In this document: one piece after another, positions 63,599-64,000 of the stretch | How the letters are laid out: each line of letters begins with the position of its first letter | Position numbering within the stretch: the first letter of the stretch is position 1 | Assembly: GCF_000006765.1 (NCBI RefSeq) | Contig: NC_002516.2 | Reading direction: 5' to 3' (one strand) | Origin: Pseudomonas aeruginosa PAO1 | GTDB lineage: Bacteria > Pseudomonadota > Gammaproteobacteria > Pseudomonadales > Pseudomonadaceae | DNA length: 64,000 nucleotides | Program-made: the position numbers and the translations under genes | Notes under the pieces: model-generated | What the model was told of the DNA's origin: nothing | What the model saw: the letters and a program-made list of their open reading frames with translations, nothing else | Databases searched by the model: none

Positions 63599-64000
63599 TC
63601 AGGGTTGCAGGACCGACGACACCAGCAATTGCGTGTACGGATGCTGCGGGTCGTCGAGAATCTGGTCGGTGAGACCGGCTTCCACCACCCGCGAACGGCG
63701 CATGACCATCAGGCGGTCGGCGAGCAGGCGCGCCACCGCCAGGTCGTGGGTGACGATCACCACCGCCAGGTCCAGCTCGCGCACCAGGCCGCGCAGCAGG
63801 TCGAGCAGGCGCGCCTGCACCGACACGTCGAGGCCGCCGGTGGGTTCGTCCATGAACACCAGGCGTGGCGCCGAGACCAGGTTGCGGGCGATCTGCAGGC
63901 GCTGCTGCATGCCGCCGGAAAAGGTTCGCGGCAGGTCGTCGATGCGCAGCGGATCGATCTCCACCTGTTCCAGCCAGTCCAACCCGGCCTGGCGCAGCCG
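63599..64000 (-). CDS. phnK: C-P lyase system ATPase PhnK (5' end lies beyond the window)
   Basis: [23 protein letters not shown] and [12 protein letters not shown] motifs. Confidence 0.92.
   Translation of the reverse strand, partial: RLRQAGLDWLEQVEIDPLRIDDLPRTFSGGMQQRLQIARNLVSAPRLVFMDEPTGGLDVSVQARLLDLLRGLVRELDLAVVIVTHDLAVARLLADRLMVMRRSRVVEAGLTDQILDDPQHPYTQLLVSSVLQP

Overview
GC-rich Pseudomonas aeruginosa chromosomal segment. I recognised it from the LecB, AmiE/AmiC/AmiR, PlcN, ClpP2 and FlgM sequences, and gene order matches what I recall for PAO1 PA3318-PA3376 (locus tags are from memory, not a search). From left to right it contains: a small exported protein; plcN; a DMT/LysR pair; a MerR-like regulator with an uncharacterised three-gene operon; clpP2 and the quorum-sensing-controlled aze NRPS cluster (azetidomonamide/azabicyclene); rfaD; plpD; a FimV paralogue; slyA; hsbD-recQ-hptB-hsbR-hsbA; cheR1-cheV; flgA-flgM-flgN-flgZ; pauA5; dsdA; lecB; the ami operon with its attenuator; tRNA-Arg(CCT); three small-protein genes; and the distal C-P lyase genes phnP-N-M-L-K. 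I found no integrase, transposase, prophage, CRISPR array or obvious frameshift, so this looks like core genome and most systems here are already described. The best candidates for undescribed biology are (1) a MerR-like-regulated operon whose annotated hydrolase carries a complete diiron-carboxylate ligand set, (2) a stand-alone Sec-exported protein resembling the CdiA RNase A-like toxin domain next to plcN, (3) a three-small-protein operon with sigma54/IHF/enhancer promoter architecture, and (4) three phased las/rhl boxes plus ClpP2 and poorly explained tailoring genes in the aze cluster. All four are motif-based hypotheses that need the checks listed.
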